Assembly: GCA_964626205.1 (NCBI GenBank)
Contig: CAZVED010000004.1
Coordinates: 2,163-66,162, forward strand
Length of the DNA stretch: 64,000 nt
From: an uncultured Gammaproteobacteria bacterium
GTDB lineage: Bacteria > Patescibacteriota > Patescibacteriia > SG8-24
Direction: 5' to 3'
A model generated the notes under the pieces. The model ran no database searches, was not told the origin of the DNA, and was given only the letters and a program-made list of their open reading frames with translations. The translations under genes were made by a program, and so were the position numbers. Below, one piece after another: positions 1-9,984 of the stretch; position 1 is the first letter of the stretch, and every line of letters begins with the position of its first letter.

Positions 1-3000
1 TCGTTATGGAAGGCAACGCCAAACGGCGTATTCATTCCAGTCCTTGTTGTAGCGTTCAATGAGGACGTAAAATTCGGCTGACCATAGACGGCGGAGGCGT
101 TCATTCCATCTGTGATACCACCAGAGATGTCGAAAACGGTAACACGGTGATTACCGAATTCCGTGACGAAATATCGTTCGTCAGTCGTGTCTACAGCGAT
201 GCCGGCAGGCGATGCCATTCCACTCTGTGTTGCCGCGCTACCATTGCTCGTAAAGTCCGCCTGGCCGAGGACGTTCACTGCGGCTTCACCGTCAGTGATT
301 CCATCGGAGAGATCATAGATGAGGACACGGTTGTTTCCAGTGTCACCCACAAGCAGAAGCGCGTTGTTCGTATCATAGGAAATACCGTAGGCAGTAGACA
401 TCCCGCCCGCAGTCACTGCTGCGCCATTCGAGATAAAGTCCGCCTGACCGAGGACGTTCACCGCGGCTTCGCCGTCGGTAATAGACGCGACATCAAACAC
501 GAGGACGCGGTTGTTGCCGGCATCTGTGACGAACAGTCGGTCGGTTCCGGCATCGTAAGCGAGGGCAAGTGGCACTGACATTCCTGTTGCAGTGATCGCG
601 TCACCGTTCGAGGTAAAGTCCGCCTGACCGAGCACGTTCACCGCGGCCTCACCGTCGGTAATAGACGCGACATCAAACACGAGGACGCGGTTGTTGCCAA
701 GCTCGGCGACAAAGAGGCGCTGATTCACCGCATCATAAGCTGAGCCGATTGGCATGCTCATCCCTGTTACGGTGGTCGCAGCACCATTCGAGGTAAAGTC
801 TGCCTGACCGAGGACGTTCACCGCGGCTTCGCCGTCAGTAACCCCGTCGGAGACGTCATACACCAGTACGCGATTATTCAGATGATCGGAGACAAACAAT
901 CGACCGCCGATTGCATCGATGGATGTACCGCCAGTGCCGCTGAGTCCTGCAGCCGTGGTCGCGGCGCCATTGCTGGTGAAGTCTGCCTGGCCGAGGACGT
1001 TGTCAGCTTCAATACCGCTTCCAGCACCGGGGCAATCCCCGATTCCTCCGCCACCCTCAAAAATCATCATGCGGTTATTCCCGCGGTCCGGCACATAGAG
1101 ACGGTCATTCCCACCATCATACGCTAACCCGTCAGCGTTTGGGTTCAAGTTGAACGTACTCTGTGTCGTACCGCCCCCGGTTGCGGTGAAGTTCGCTTGG
1201 CCGAGAACATAGGCGGCACTGGCACCGTTGGTAAGGCCGCAACTCAGATTGTAGATAAGGACGCGATCGTGAGCGTTCGCATCCGCCACGAACAGCCGAT
1301 TGTTCGTGGCATCATATTCGAGTCCGGCAGGCGCCCCCATTCCGCTCTGCGTTGCCGCAACGCCTGAACTCGTGAAATCTGATTGACCGAGAACGAAGCT
1401 TGCATTCATTCCGTTCGTGATACCACCAGAGATGTCGTAGACAAGCGTACGGACATTACCTCCATCAGCGACAAAGAGGCGGTCGCTCGTCGAGTCATAC
1501 GTAAGCCCCACAGGACTGTTCATGCCGCTCTGGGTCGTTGCAGAAAGGCTCGAGGTGAAGTCTGCTTGGCCAAGGACGTTGGTCGCTGCGGCACCATTTG
1601 CAAGCGTGGAGACGGCATCAAACACCAAGACGCGGTTCGCGCCGCTATGAGCAGCAAAGAGGCGGTCGTTGTCCGGATCATAGGCAAGCGCAAACGCCTG
1701 GAAAAGCGTTTGTGTAGTGCCCAAGGCATTCGAAGTGAAGTCCGCTTGGCCGAGGACCTTGATTGCCGCTTCGCCATTGGTGATTGACGCGACATCGAAA
1801 GCAAGGATGCGGTTGGAGTTGCTACCACTCGTACCGTTCGCAACATAGAGGATATTGCGAACGCTGTCATATGCAAGTGCCGTCACCCACCCCATGTTCG
1901 ATGCGGTAGTGGGGCTGACGCCGCTGATAGCGAAATCTGGCTTGCCCAGCACGTAGTCCGGCACTCGATCGATGAGGTTATTGCTTATATCGAGGTTGTA
2001 GACGAGGACGCGACCAGCGGCATAATTACCGTCCGCGGTGTCCGCGACGAAAAGTCGATGATTAACGGTATCGATTGCAACGTCTGCCGCGCCACGGAAC
2101 GTAGCGCGTGAAAAGTTCGTAGCGCTCGGTCCGAACGATGGTGTACAGAGGCCAGTGGCAGCATCTTCACTACAAGGGCCGAGGCTATCACTTGCCATCA
2201 TGCCGTTCGCAAGAAGGTGGTCCGTCACTTCGAAAACGGAAACGCGTCGATTCTCGCGTTCAGCGACATAGAGACGGCCCGTGGCGGGATCGAACGTGCT
2301 ATGAAACGGGAATGCCATACCGGTCGCTGTCGTTGCGGCAGCACCCGAGGTAAAGTTCGCCTGTCCGAGTACTGCAATCGCATTCTCGCCGTTCGTGATG
2401 CTCGCAACATCAAAGACCATCACCCGATTTGAGAAAAAGTCAGCGACAAAGAGGCGGTCGGTAATCGGATCGTATCCCATACCGCTCGGACTACTGAACT
2501 TTGATTGTGTGACACCCGATGAGCTGGACGTGAAATCCGTCTGACCAAGCACGTTAATCGCCGCTTCACCATTCGTGATGGAGGCGACATCGTAGACGGT
2601 AACGCGGTTGGAATCCTGGGCGACAAAGAGGCGGTTACCCGTATTATTAACAGCAATCCCGAGGACACCAGACATCCCTGTCTGGGTCGTAGAAGATGTA
2701 TTACTTATGAAATCCGGCTGGCCGAGTACATACGTTGCGTTCATGCCATCCGTAATCGCACCGGAAAGGTCAAAAACAAGGACTCGATTATTGGATACGT
2801 CTCCGACATAGAGCCTGTCGTAGACTGGGTCATAGACAATTGGGTTGTTGCCATTGAATTTGGAGGCGCTAAGCCCAGGGGTGCTGGACGTGAAATCTGC
2901 TTGGCCGAGGACGTTCACCGCAGCCTCTCCATTGGTGATAGCAGCAACATCAAAAACCGTAATACGATGGTTGCCGTACTCCGAAACGAACAGGCGTTGA

Positions 3001-4604
3001 TTATTCGGATCGTAAGCGACATTGGCGGGATTCCTGAGGCCAGTCTGCGTCGTTGCGGCCACGCTCGAAATGAAATCTGCCTGACCGAGGACGGCAGTGG
3101 CGTTCTCACCATCGGTAACACCGTCCGAGACATTATAGACAAGGACGCGGTTATTGAAGTTGTCCGCAACGAACAGTCGATTATTAATCTGGTCGAGCGC
3201 CGAACCTTGCGGCCCCACCATGCCGCCCTGCGTCGTCGCGGAGACGCTGGAGGTGAGGTTCGCCTGGCCGAGGACGTTCGTGGCAGCCATACCGGTAGCA
3301 AGGAGGTCGTCTGTAATAACGAAGGAGACGGTGCGCTGATTACCAAAATCCGCAACATAGACAACGGAACCATCGCTGCTAACAACGACGTTGTGTGGAG
3401 CTGAAAGGCGGTCCTGTGCAGTACCAGAGGTCCCTGAGGTAAAGTTTGCCTGTCCTAGTACAGCAACGGCATTCTCGCCGTTCGTGATGGATGCAACATC
3501 GTAGACCAGAGTACGGTGATTGCTTTGATCCGTTACATACAGACGGTCATATGTCGCATCGTAAGCGACTCCATGGGGAGTATTCATCCCATTCTGCGTC
3601 GTAGCGCTTCCACTCGAGGTGAAGTCTGCTTGTCCTAGTACAGCAACGGCATTCTCACCGTTCGTGATGGAGGCGACATCGAAAACGAGAACGCGGTTGT
3701 TGTCAGAATCCGTCGCAAAGAGGTGCTGGCCGACTTCGTCGTATGCAAGCGCCTTGATGTTGCCAAAGCTCGCAGCGGTCGTACCGCCAATTCCACCAGT
3801 CACGAAATCGTTCTTGCCGAGAACAAAGCTCGCATCCATTCCATCAGTAATGCCGCCAGAGAGATCGAAAACGAGGATACGGTAGTTGTTGATGTCTGCA
3901 ACGAACAACCGTTCATTGACTGAGTCGTAGGCAACGCCACTCGCATTCTGAAATCCTGACTGCGTCGTAGCGCTTCCACTCGAGGTGAAGTCTACTTGAC
4001 CGAGCACGTTCACCGCAGCCTGGCCGTTCGAGAGGATTGAGGTATCGAATACGAGCACACGACTTCGTGAGGCGTCCGTTGCAAAAAGGCGATCATTGAC
4101 CGGATCGTATGCCATTTGGCTGCCCGCACCACAAATATTGCTAGCTGATGCCGTGCCGCATGACGCGAAGGAGTTGAAGTCGGTCTGCCCAAGAATGAAG
4201 TCCGCAAACGCATCGATTGGTCTGTTATCTGCATCAAGGTTGTAGACAAAGATGCGCTCCGATGCGAAGTCGCTTTCTTCACCACGAACGAACAGACGAT
4301 TATGGACAGAATCAAGAGTGGCTGTCCGCGGGTTGATCTTGCGATACGCAGGAGAACCGTAGATGCCATCTTTCGTGTAGAGGGGGGAAAGCGAGTCTGT
4401 GACGTTCAAATCGTACTGACCAAGCAGGTCAACGGCGTTCATTCCGTTCGTGAACTCGGCATGGGCTGGCTGAACGAAAATGACGAACAGTATGGAAACG
4501 GCGGTAAGAAGAGCGGCTAGGGCAACAAAAATACCCCTAAAAAGAGGAGTTGCCTTGGAAGGTATGCCGAAAATTATTTGAGCTTGCGCCTTGAAAAAGT
4601 GCAT
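1..4604 (-). CDS. Partial giant secreted NHL/beta-propeller repeat protein (>1530 aa). The N-terminus sits at 4604 and the 3' end runs off the window.
   Basis: Manual minus-strand translation from the ATG at 4602-4604 gives MHFFKAQAQIIFGIPSKATPLFRGIFVALAALLTAVSILFVIFVQPAHA (signal peptide, AHA cleavage site). It is followed by ~60-aa repeats of the form ..NGExAVxVLGQADFTSxxxxTTQxGxxxPxGVAYDxxxxRLFVADxxNxRVLVFD. 180-bp DNA repeats (e.g. 432-520 and 612-700) stay in frame. The ORF is absent from the track because it has no stop inside the window. Confidence 0.6.
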   Translation of the reverse strand, partial: MHFFKAQAQIIFGIPSKATPLFRGIFVALAALLTAVSILFVIFVQPAHAEFTNGMNAVDLLGQYDLNVTDSLSPLYTKDGIYGSPAYRKINPRTATLDSVHNRLFVRGEESDFASERIFVYNLDADNRPIDAFADFILGQTDFNSFASCGTASASNICGAGSQMAYDPVNDRLFATDASRSRVLVFDTSILSNGQAAVNVLGQVDFTSSGSATTQSGFQNASGVAYDSVNERLFVADINNYRILVFDLSGGITDGMDASFVLGKNDFVTGGIGGTTAASFGNIKALAYDEVGQHLFATDSDNNRVLVFDVASITNGENAVAVLGQADFTSSGSATTQNGMNTPHGVAYDATYDRLYVTDQSNHRTLVYDVASITNGENAVAVLGQANFTSGTSGTAQDRLSAPHNVVVSSDGSVVYVADFGNQRTVSFVITDDLLATGMAATNVLGQANLTSSVSATTQGGMVGPQGSALDQINNRLFVADNFNNRVLVYNVSDGVTDGENATAVLGQADFISSVAATTQTGLRNPANVAYDPNNQRLFVSEYGNHRITVFDVAAITNGEAAVNVLGQADFTSSTPGLSASKFNGNNPIVYDPVYDRLYVGDVSNNRVLVFDLSGAITDGMNATYVLGQPDFISNTSSTTQTGMSGVLGIAVNNTGNRLFVAQDSNRVTVYDVASITNGEAAINVLGQTDFTSSSSGVTQSKFSSPSGMGYDPITDRLFVADFFSNRVMVFDVASITNGENAIAVLGQANFTSGAAATTATGMAFPFHSTFDPATGRLYVAERENRRVSVFEVTDHLLANGMMASDSLGPCSEDAATGLCTPSFGPSATNFSRATFRGAADVAIDTVNHRLFVADTADGNYAAGRVLVYNLDISNNLIDRVPDYVLGKPDFAISGVSPTTASNMGWVTALAYDSVRNILYVANGTSGSNSNRILAFDVASITNGEAAIKVLGQADFTSNALGTTQTLFQAFALAYDPDNDRLFAAHSGANRVLVFDAVSTLANGAAATNVLGQADFTSSLSATTQSGMNSPVGLTYDSTSDRLFVADGGNVRTLVYDISGGITNGMNASFVLGQSDFTSSGVAATQSGMGAPAGLEYDATNNRLFVADANAHDRVLIYNLSCGLTNGASAAYVLGQANFTATGGGTTQSTFNLNPNADGLAYDGGNDRLYVPDRGNNRMMIFEGGGGIGDCPGAGSGIEADNVLGQADFTSNGAATTAAGLSGTGGTSIDAIGGRLFVSDHLNNRVLVYDVSDGVTDGEAAVNVLGQADFTSNGAATTVTGMSMPIGSAYDAVNQRLFVAELGNNRVLVFDVASITDGEAAVNVLGQADFTSNGDAITATGMSVPLALAYDAGTDRLFVTDAGNNRVLVFDVASITDGEAAVNVLGQADFISNGAAVTAGGMSTAYGISYDTNNALLLVGDTGNNRVLIYDLSDGITDGEAAVNVLGQADFTSNGSAATQSGMASPAGIAVDTTDERYFVTEFGNHRVTVFDISGGITDGMNASAVYGQPNFTSSLNATTRTGMNTPFGVAFHN

Positions 4605-4717
4605 ATTTGGCCAAATTTGAGCTTTTATTTTTGTTTCCAATGCTTTCTTTGCTTCTGTCCTCACTGAGCTTATCACAAACTAAGCTTATTTTCAAGCCCT
4701 ATTGGTTTGTACAAAGC

Positions 4718-4748
4718 AAAAAAAACGACCCTTTTGGGTCATTTTTTG
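4718..4748. terminator. Bidirectional rho-independent terminator (gaccc-tttt-gggtc flanked by an A-run and a T-run)
   Basis: The hairpin at 4727-4740 has a poly-A run before it and a poly-T run after it. It lies just downstream of the minus-strand oxidoreductase gene. Confidence 0.5.
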
Positions 4749-4820
4749 TTCAAAACTGTCTTGTGAGTAAAATGTGGATGACTGTCTTTTTAAGCTCAAA
4801 AATCTGAGCTTACCAACATC

Positions 4821-6020
4821 TTATCCACCAGATTCTAAAAACGTTTTTCCTTCGGTGTCCGTCCACAGAATCCGTTTCTCGATAAGCTCAGTGATCCATG
4901 CCCTATCTGTGAAGGGTCCGATGCAAGTTGCGGCGATAGCACGGCCACCTTTGATAAAGATTTGTACAATTTGTCCACAGCCATTATCGCGTACGATACG
5001 CTTATCTGGAGCGATATCTGTCGCTCCAAGGAAGGCTAGCGGGAGTCCAAAGCAAGAAATGGAATATGAGGTAACGCGTGAGAAGGGCGCCGGATTCCCA
5101 GTCATATTCTCCCCTGCTAGCTTGGCTTGGAAGAGCGCGTTCTGCCAGTTACCGACCACGTGATGCTCCCCAACGAGCGGGTCGAAAAACTCTGCCGCGT
5201 CCCCTGCCGCATATACGTCCGGAACGTTCGTCCGAAGCTCGGCATCTGTCACCACACCGCGGCGCGTCTCGATTCCGGAACCTTTCAAGAAGCTAACATT
5301 CGCGTCGATGCCGATGCCGAGTCCGACCGTTTGCGCATGGATCTCCGCGCCGTCGGACGCGCACACAACGGTCGCGTCGCCTTCGTGGCGCACGCTCACG
5401 ACCTCGACATCCGTCCGCACGTCGATCCCATGTTCCCGCAGCACCCCGCTCAGCGCACGCTTGCTCGCAGCATCAAGCACGGAAGAGAAGAATCCGTCCT
5501 TGCGCAACAAGGCGACGACCTCGCACCCGCGCTGCGCATACGACATGATGAGTTCGAGCGCGATGAAGCCTCCGCCAATGACGGCAGACGTTCCTTTCGG
5601 CGCCGCGGCGACCTCGCGCGCATCTTCGATGGTCTGCAGACGTTGTACGGTAATGTTCTCCGCACCGTCGCAGGTGAGACGTTTCGGCGTACCACCAGTC
5701 GCAATGAGGAGCTTGGAATACCCGAAAACATTGGCGTCGCTCGTGGTGACCGTTTTTGTTGCCGTGTCGATATGCGTCACCGAAACACCACGTCGAACAT
5801 CAATGCGTTGTTCTACGAATGCTTCGTCACGCTTGAGCCAGATCTTTTCTTCGCCAACCTTACCGCGAACGACGTGCGGCAAGAGTACGCGCGAATACGT
5901 GAGGTGCGACTCTTCGCCGATGACAAGAATCGATCCGTCAGGATCGTTCTTGCGAATCGTCTCCGCTGCGGTCGCGCCGCAGATACCGAGACCGATGATG
6001 ATGTAGTCGTATCGCTGCAC
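4821..6020 (-). CDS. FAD-dependent pyridine nucleotide-disulfide oxidoreductase (ferredoxin/rubredoxin-NAD(P) reductase-like)
   Basis: YDYIIIGLGICGATAAETI is a Rossmann FAD motif, and a second VIGGGFIALE NAD motif is present. The likely start is GTG at 6018-6020, preceded by GGAGG. The track's longer ORF would overlap the upstream ferredoxin gene by 64 nt. Confidence 0.8.
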   Translation of the reverse strand: MQRYDYIIIGLGICGATAAETIRKNDPDGSILVIGEESHLTYSRVLLPHVVRGKVGEEKIWLKRDEAFVEQRIDVRRGVSVTHIDTATKTVTTSDANVFGYSKLLIATGGTPKRLTCDGAENITVQRLQTIEDAREVAAAPKGTSAVIGGGFIALELIMSYAQRGCEVVALLRKDGFFSSVLDAASKRALSGVLREHGIDVRTDVEVVSVRHEGDATVVCASDGAEIHAQTVGLGIGIDANVSFLKGSGIETRRGVVTDAELRTNVPDVYAAGDAAEFFDPLVGEHHVVGNWQNALFQAKLAGENMTGNPAPFSRVTSYSISCFGLPLAFLGATDIAPDKRIVRDNGCGQIVQIFIKGGRAIAATCIGPFTDRAWITELIEKRILWTDTEGKTFLESGG

Positions 6021-6031
6021 GATTCCTCCGG

Positions 6032-6274
6032 TCACTCGGTGGGGTAGATCTGGTTGCCGTCCTCGTCGTACACGAAGATGGCCTTCGTCGGACACGACTC
6101 CGCGCCCATGAGCACGGTGTCCGGGTCGTCGCCATGCGGATCGATGACGACCGCCTTGTTTTCATCGTCCATGCGGAACGTCTTCATCGCAAGCACGGCG
6201 CAGGTCGCTGCACCGATGCAAAGGTCGCGATCCACGACGACCTTGGAGATTTTGAGGGGTTTTTTGTCGGCCAT
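6032..6274 (-). CDS. Small single-cluster ferredoxin (80 aa)
   Basis: The protein MADKKPLKISKVVVDRDLCIGAATCAVLA...ESCPTKAI carries a CxxxxxC...CP pattern typical of [3Fe-4S]/[4Fe-4S] ferredoxins. It sits 11 nt upstream of the oxidoreductase, so the two are a likely operon. Confidence 0.7.
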   Translation of the reverse strand: MADKKPLKISKVVVDRDLCIGAATCAVLAMKTFRMDDENKAVVIDPHGDDPDTVLMGAESCPTKAIFVYDEDGNQIYPTE

Positions 6275-6348
6275 AGTGCCTCAAGTGTGCGCTTCGGTGG
6301 GAGGCTCGTCAAGATTCCTTCCGTGCTATAGTATCCTCCGATACGCCT

Positions 6349-7230
6349 ATGCGCCGAAACCGCGAATCATCCGCATTTCCCCTCTTCGTCCTCCTTATCG
6401 TCGCCGCAAGCTTCGGTGGAGCGGTTTTCAAGTACCGCGGAGACCTCCATGAAGCGTACTTCCGGTGGCAGGTCGGACCTGTTCCGGAGCCGATGAGCCG
6501 GGCGGAATTCATCGAAATTGCGCTAAAAGATGCGCTGGATGCGCTTCCGGAAGCCGAGCCTGAACAGCTTGAAACGCCGCCTATCGACGAGCCAGATGTC
6601 GAGCCCGTGGACAATGTCGAAGTTATCCCCAAAACTGTGGATAACACGACAGTCTCTGGTCAAATTCCCGCACAAATGAACCTCCGTATCCCTTTCGTAG
6701 TCCAAGCTCCGAACGGCGTTTGGGATGCCATTCATGAGGATGCTTGCGAAGAAGCCTCGCTTATCATGCTCCAGGCGTACCTGACGGATGAAGCGACCGT
6801 GACCGTTGAGGAAGCATTGGAGCGAATTCAGGCCTTGGTTGCCACCCAAATGGAGATCTTTGGCTACTTTGAGAGCACCTCCGCAGCACAGGTCGTTGAA
6901 CTCATGAAGGAACACTACGACTACGATAAGCTCGTCGTAGAACCCCTCGACTCCATCGATAGCCTCAAAACAGCTGTTGCGCGCGGGTACCCGGTCATCG
7001 TCCCTGCGGATGGACGCGTACTCGACAACCCGTTCTTCTCCGGTGATGGACCTGAATACCACATGGTCGTTGTCAAAGGGTATACATCGACACACATCAT
7101 CACGCACGACCCCGGCACCAAACGTGGGGCTGATTTCCTCTACACGTACGCAAATTTCCTTGATGCAGCGCACGACTGGAACGATGGTGACGTTCAAAAC
7201 GGAGAAAAAGTCATGATTGTCGTCCGATAG
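6349..7230 (+). CDS. Membrane-anchored peptidase C39-like (YvpB-like) domain protein
   Basis: There is an N-terminal TM helix (FPLFVLLIVAASFGGAV) and an acidic linker. The C-terminal domain has Cys (DACEEASLIMLQAY), His (HMVVVKGY) and Asp (ITHDPG) in papain-like order. Confidence 0.55.
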   Translation: MRRNRESSAFPLFVLLIVAASFGGAVFKYRGDLHEAYFRWQVGPVPEPMSRAEFIEIALKDALDALPEAEPEQLETPPIDEPDVEPVDNVEVIPKTVDNTTVSGQIPAQMNLRIPFVVQAPNGVWDAIHEDACEEASLIMLQAYLTDEATVTVEEALERIQALVATQMEIFGYFESTSAAQVVELMKEHYDYDKLVVEPLDSIDSLKTAVARGYPVIVPADGRVLDNPFFSGDGPEYHMVVVKGYTSTHIITHDPGTKRGADFLYTYANFLDAAHDWNDGDVQNGEKVMIVVR

Positions 7231-7260
7231 TCGGCTCAGTGTGCTATACTGAGACCGATT

Positions 7261-8682
7261 ATGGAGCAGAAAGGTGCCTTCTTCCTCAAGCGAAACTGGC
7301 AGGTGATCTATGCGATCCTGCTGCTCTTGCTGGTACCGACGACCATCGTCCTCAACACCTTCTTCGTCATCAGCCGTTTCCGCGCGACGGTCGACATCGA
7401 GCTGCAACGGACCGCGCTTCTCATCGGAAAGATGGTGAATGTGACGAGCGTGGATCGCTTCGGCGACCCCGCCGCATTGCAAGAACGCCTCAAGGAGGTC
7501 GCCGCAATCATTCCGGAAGTGCGGTCCATGGACGTGCTCCGCAAGGATGGTGAGGACTTCGTCGTCGTCGCGAGCGTCAACGAGAGCGCCGTCGGTCAAC
7601 CGGCGCGCGGCACGCAGTACATCCTTTCCTGGTACAACGATCAGGCCATCGCCGCGCTCACCAAGTCGCCGCGCTCGGCCGGCGACGCGACGCCGCTGAC
7701 TCCGGCGGAACTACGGAGCGCGGACCGGTACTGGAGCGTCGTCATGCCGCTGCACGGAACGGACGGGGTGACGAAGGAGTATCTCCTCGTCGCGAAGATC
7801 TCGCTCTCGGTCATCGACGCGCTCGTGCGCGATAACCTCTTCTGGTCGTACATCTGGCTCGCGATCACGGTCCTTGCCGTCATCCTCGTGCTGTCGTCGA
7901 ACACGCGCATCTTCCAGTACGCGATCCTGTTCCGGAAGCTGCAGGAGGTCGACAAAATGAAGGATGACTTCATCTCCATGGCGTCGCATGAGCTGCGCGC
8001 GCCGATCACCGCGGTGCGCGGTTATCTTTCGCTCTTCCTCGAAGACGCATTCGGAAAGATGGAAGAAAAGCCGAAGCAGGTGCTGCAGACGACCTTCGCC
8101 ATCTCCACGCACCTCGCGGGACTCGTGGAAGACCTCCTCGACGTGTCGCGCATCGAACAGGGCCGCATGCAGTTGAGCCTCGAGGACGTCGATGCCGGCG
8201 CGATCATCGAGGAGATCGTGACACAGCTCCACTTCGAGGCCGAGCGGAAAGGGCTCGCGTTCTCCTACACGAAGCCGGACGCGCCGCTTCCGAAGATCCG
8301 GGCCGATGTCGCTCGGCTGAAGCAGGTCCTCATCAACCTCTGCTCGAACGCCATCAAGTACACGCCGAAAGGTTCCGTCACCGTGACGACGGAACTCACG
8401 AACGACAAGATGCTCGACATCCGCGTCACCGATACCGGCCTCGGCATGTCGGCGGAGGCGCAAGCGAAGCTCTTCCAGAAGTTCTACCGCGTGAAGACCG
8501 ACGAGACATCCGCGATTCCTGGCACCGGACTCGGCCTCTGGATTACGAAAAAGATCGTCGAGACAATGAGGGGTCGTATTACCGTGGAGTCCATCGAGAA
8601 GGTCGGTACCCAGATGAGCGTCGTGCTTCCCACCGTCTCTTCTCCCGCTACGCCTGAAAATAAGCCTGAAGTTGCATCCTAA
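7261..8682 (+). CDS. Sensor histidine kinase (two TM helices, HisKA + HATPase_c)
   Basis: The H-box is SMASHELRAPITAVRGYLSLF and the G-boxes include GTGLGLWITKKIVETMRGRITVES. No response regulator is adjacent. Confidence 0.85.
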   Translation: MEQKGAFFLKRNWQVIYAILLLLLVPTTIVLNTFFVISRFRATVDIELQRTALLIGKMVNVTSVDRFGDPAALQERLKEVAAIIPEVRSMDVLRKDGEDFVVVASVNESAVGQPARGTQYILSWYNDQAIAALTKSPRSAGDATPLTPAELRSADRYWSVVMPLHGTDGVTKEYLLVAKISLSVIDALVRDNLFWSYIWLAITVLAVILVLSSNTRIFQYAILFRKLQEVDKMKDDFISMASHELRAPITAVRGYLSLFLEDAFGKMEEKPKQVLQTTFAISTHLAGLVEDLLDVSRIEQGRMQLSLEDVDAGAIIEEIVTQLHFEAERKGLAFSYTKPDAPLPKIRADVARLKQVLINLCSNAIKYTPKGSVTVTTELTNDKMLDIRVTDTGLGMSAEAQAKLFQKFYRVKTDETSAIPGTGLGLWITKKIVETMRGRITVESIEKVGTQMSVVLPTVSSPATPENKPEVAS

Positions 8683-8706
8683 CCCCCTCCACACTAGGCT
8701 ACCGCA

Positions 8707-9984
8707 ATGATTACCCAAGCTGTCATCCTCCTTATCCTTCTCGCCTGCTCCGCCTTCTTCAGCGCCTCCGAAACGGCGCTCTTTTCCGTGAACATGCTAC
8801 GCGTCCATACGCTCGCCAGACAGGGAAGCCCTACGGCAAAGCTGGTCGAAAGGCTGCGCGGTGACGCGCGCGGGCTCCTCGGCACTATCCTGCTCGGCAA
8901 CAACGCGGTGAACGTCGGCGCCTCCGCGCTCGCGACCATCCTTGCCATCGAACTCTTCGGCAACGGAGCGCTCGGCATCGCAACCGGTGTGATGACGCTC
9001 CTCGTGCTCATCTTCGGCGAATTCATCCCGAAGTCCTATGCGGCACACGACGCGGAAAAGGCGGCATTCCTTTTTGCCTATCCCGTCTACGCGGTCACTG
9101 TCGTCCTCAAGCCACTCGTCTGGATGCTCGACAAGATCGTCTCGCGACTTGCCCCGCACGCCAACGCGGAAGATAAACCACGCGTCAGCGACGAGGAAAT
9201 CAAGACACTCGCACGCATGGGCGTGAAAGCCGGCACCATCGAGAAAGCGGAGTCCGAGCTCATCGAGCGCGCGCTCTTGTTCAGCGATATCACTGCGGAG
9301 GACGTCATGACGCCAGCGGAGCTCATCGACTACCTCGATGGCGGCAAGACCGTTGCGGAAGTAGTGGAGTACATCGCGGAAGAAGGGTTCTCTCGCTATC
9401 CGGTCTGGGACGGCACGCAAGCGAACATCGTCGGTATCGCGCATATCCGCAGCATCTTCGAGCGCATCACCGACGACCCGACGAATGCACTCCAGTCAGT
9501 GAAAATCCGCGATGTCGCGGAACCTGCGATGTACGTCGCAGCGACGATGCGTATCGACAACCTGCTCCGCGCGTTCCAAAAGCAGCGCACGCACATGGCG
9601 CTCGTCGTGAACGAATACGGCACCGTCATCGGACTCGTCACCATCGAAGACTTGCTTGAAGAGCTCGTCGGTGAGATCGCGGACGAAACGGACGTGGAGA
9701 CGCATGTCATCAAGCGCATCGACAAGAACACCGTCATCATCCACGGCGACGTGCAAGTGACCGACGTGAACCGCTTCCTCAATACGCGCATCGGCGAGCC
9801 ACCGAACAAGACCATCAGCCGCATCATCCTTGAGAAGCTCGGGAGCCTGCCAGAGCAGGGTCAGACGGTGAATATCCTCGACGACCTCGTCGCAGAGGTC
9901 CTTGTCGTGAGCGGACACCACATCGAACGGATCCGTCTCACCAAAGGAACCAAAGAACTCCCGAAGGGAACGGCGAGCGTATGA
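8707..9984 (+). CDS. CNNM/DUF21-CBS pair-CorC_HlyC family transporter-associated protein (TlyC/CorC-like)
   Basis: The N-terminus is a DUF21 membrane domain (SASETALFS), followed by CBS domains and a C-terminal CorC_HlyC-like region (TVNILDDLVAEVLVVSGHHIERIRL). Confidence 0.85.
   Translation: MITQAVILLILLACSAFFSASETALFSVNMLRVHTLARQGSPTAKLVERLRGDARGLLGTILLGNNAVNVGASALATILAIELFGNGALGIATGVMTLLVLIFGEFIPKSYAAHDAEKAAFLFAYPVYAVTVVLKPLVWMLDKIVSRLAPHANAEDKPRVSDEEIKTLARMGVKAGTIEKAESELIERALLFSDITAEDVMTPAELIDYLDGGKTVAEVVEYIAEEGFSRYPVWDGTQANIVGIAHIRSIFERITDDPTNALQSVKIRDVAEPAMYVAATMRIDNLLRAFQKQRTHMALVVNEYGTVIGLVTIEDLLEELVGEIADETDVETHVIKRIDKNTVIIHGDVQVTDVNRFLNTRIGEPPNKTISRIILEKLGSLPEQGQTVNILDDLVAEVLVVSGHHIERIRLTKGTKELPKGTASV

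Noticed and set aside
4821-4829. Isolated DnaA-box-like TTATCCACC
   Set aside because: It is a single copy overlapping a stop codon and far from dnaA.
5127-8718. Long ORFs antisense to annotated genes (e.g. 5127..6047 +, 6523..7599 -, 7711..8718 -). Similar cases elsewhere include 15214..16833 -, 16128..17153 +, 21296..23125 -, 33011..34408 -, 58465..59985 - and 62007..63629 -.
   Set aside because: These are high-GC artefacts. Their translations are Arg/Ala/Pro-rich with no domain signatures, and each lies opposite a strongly supported gene.
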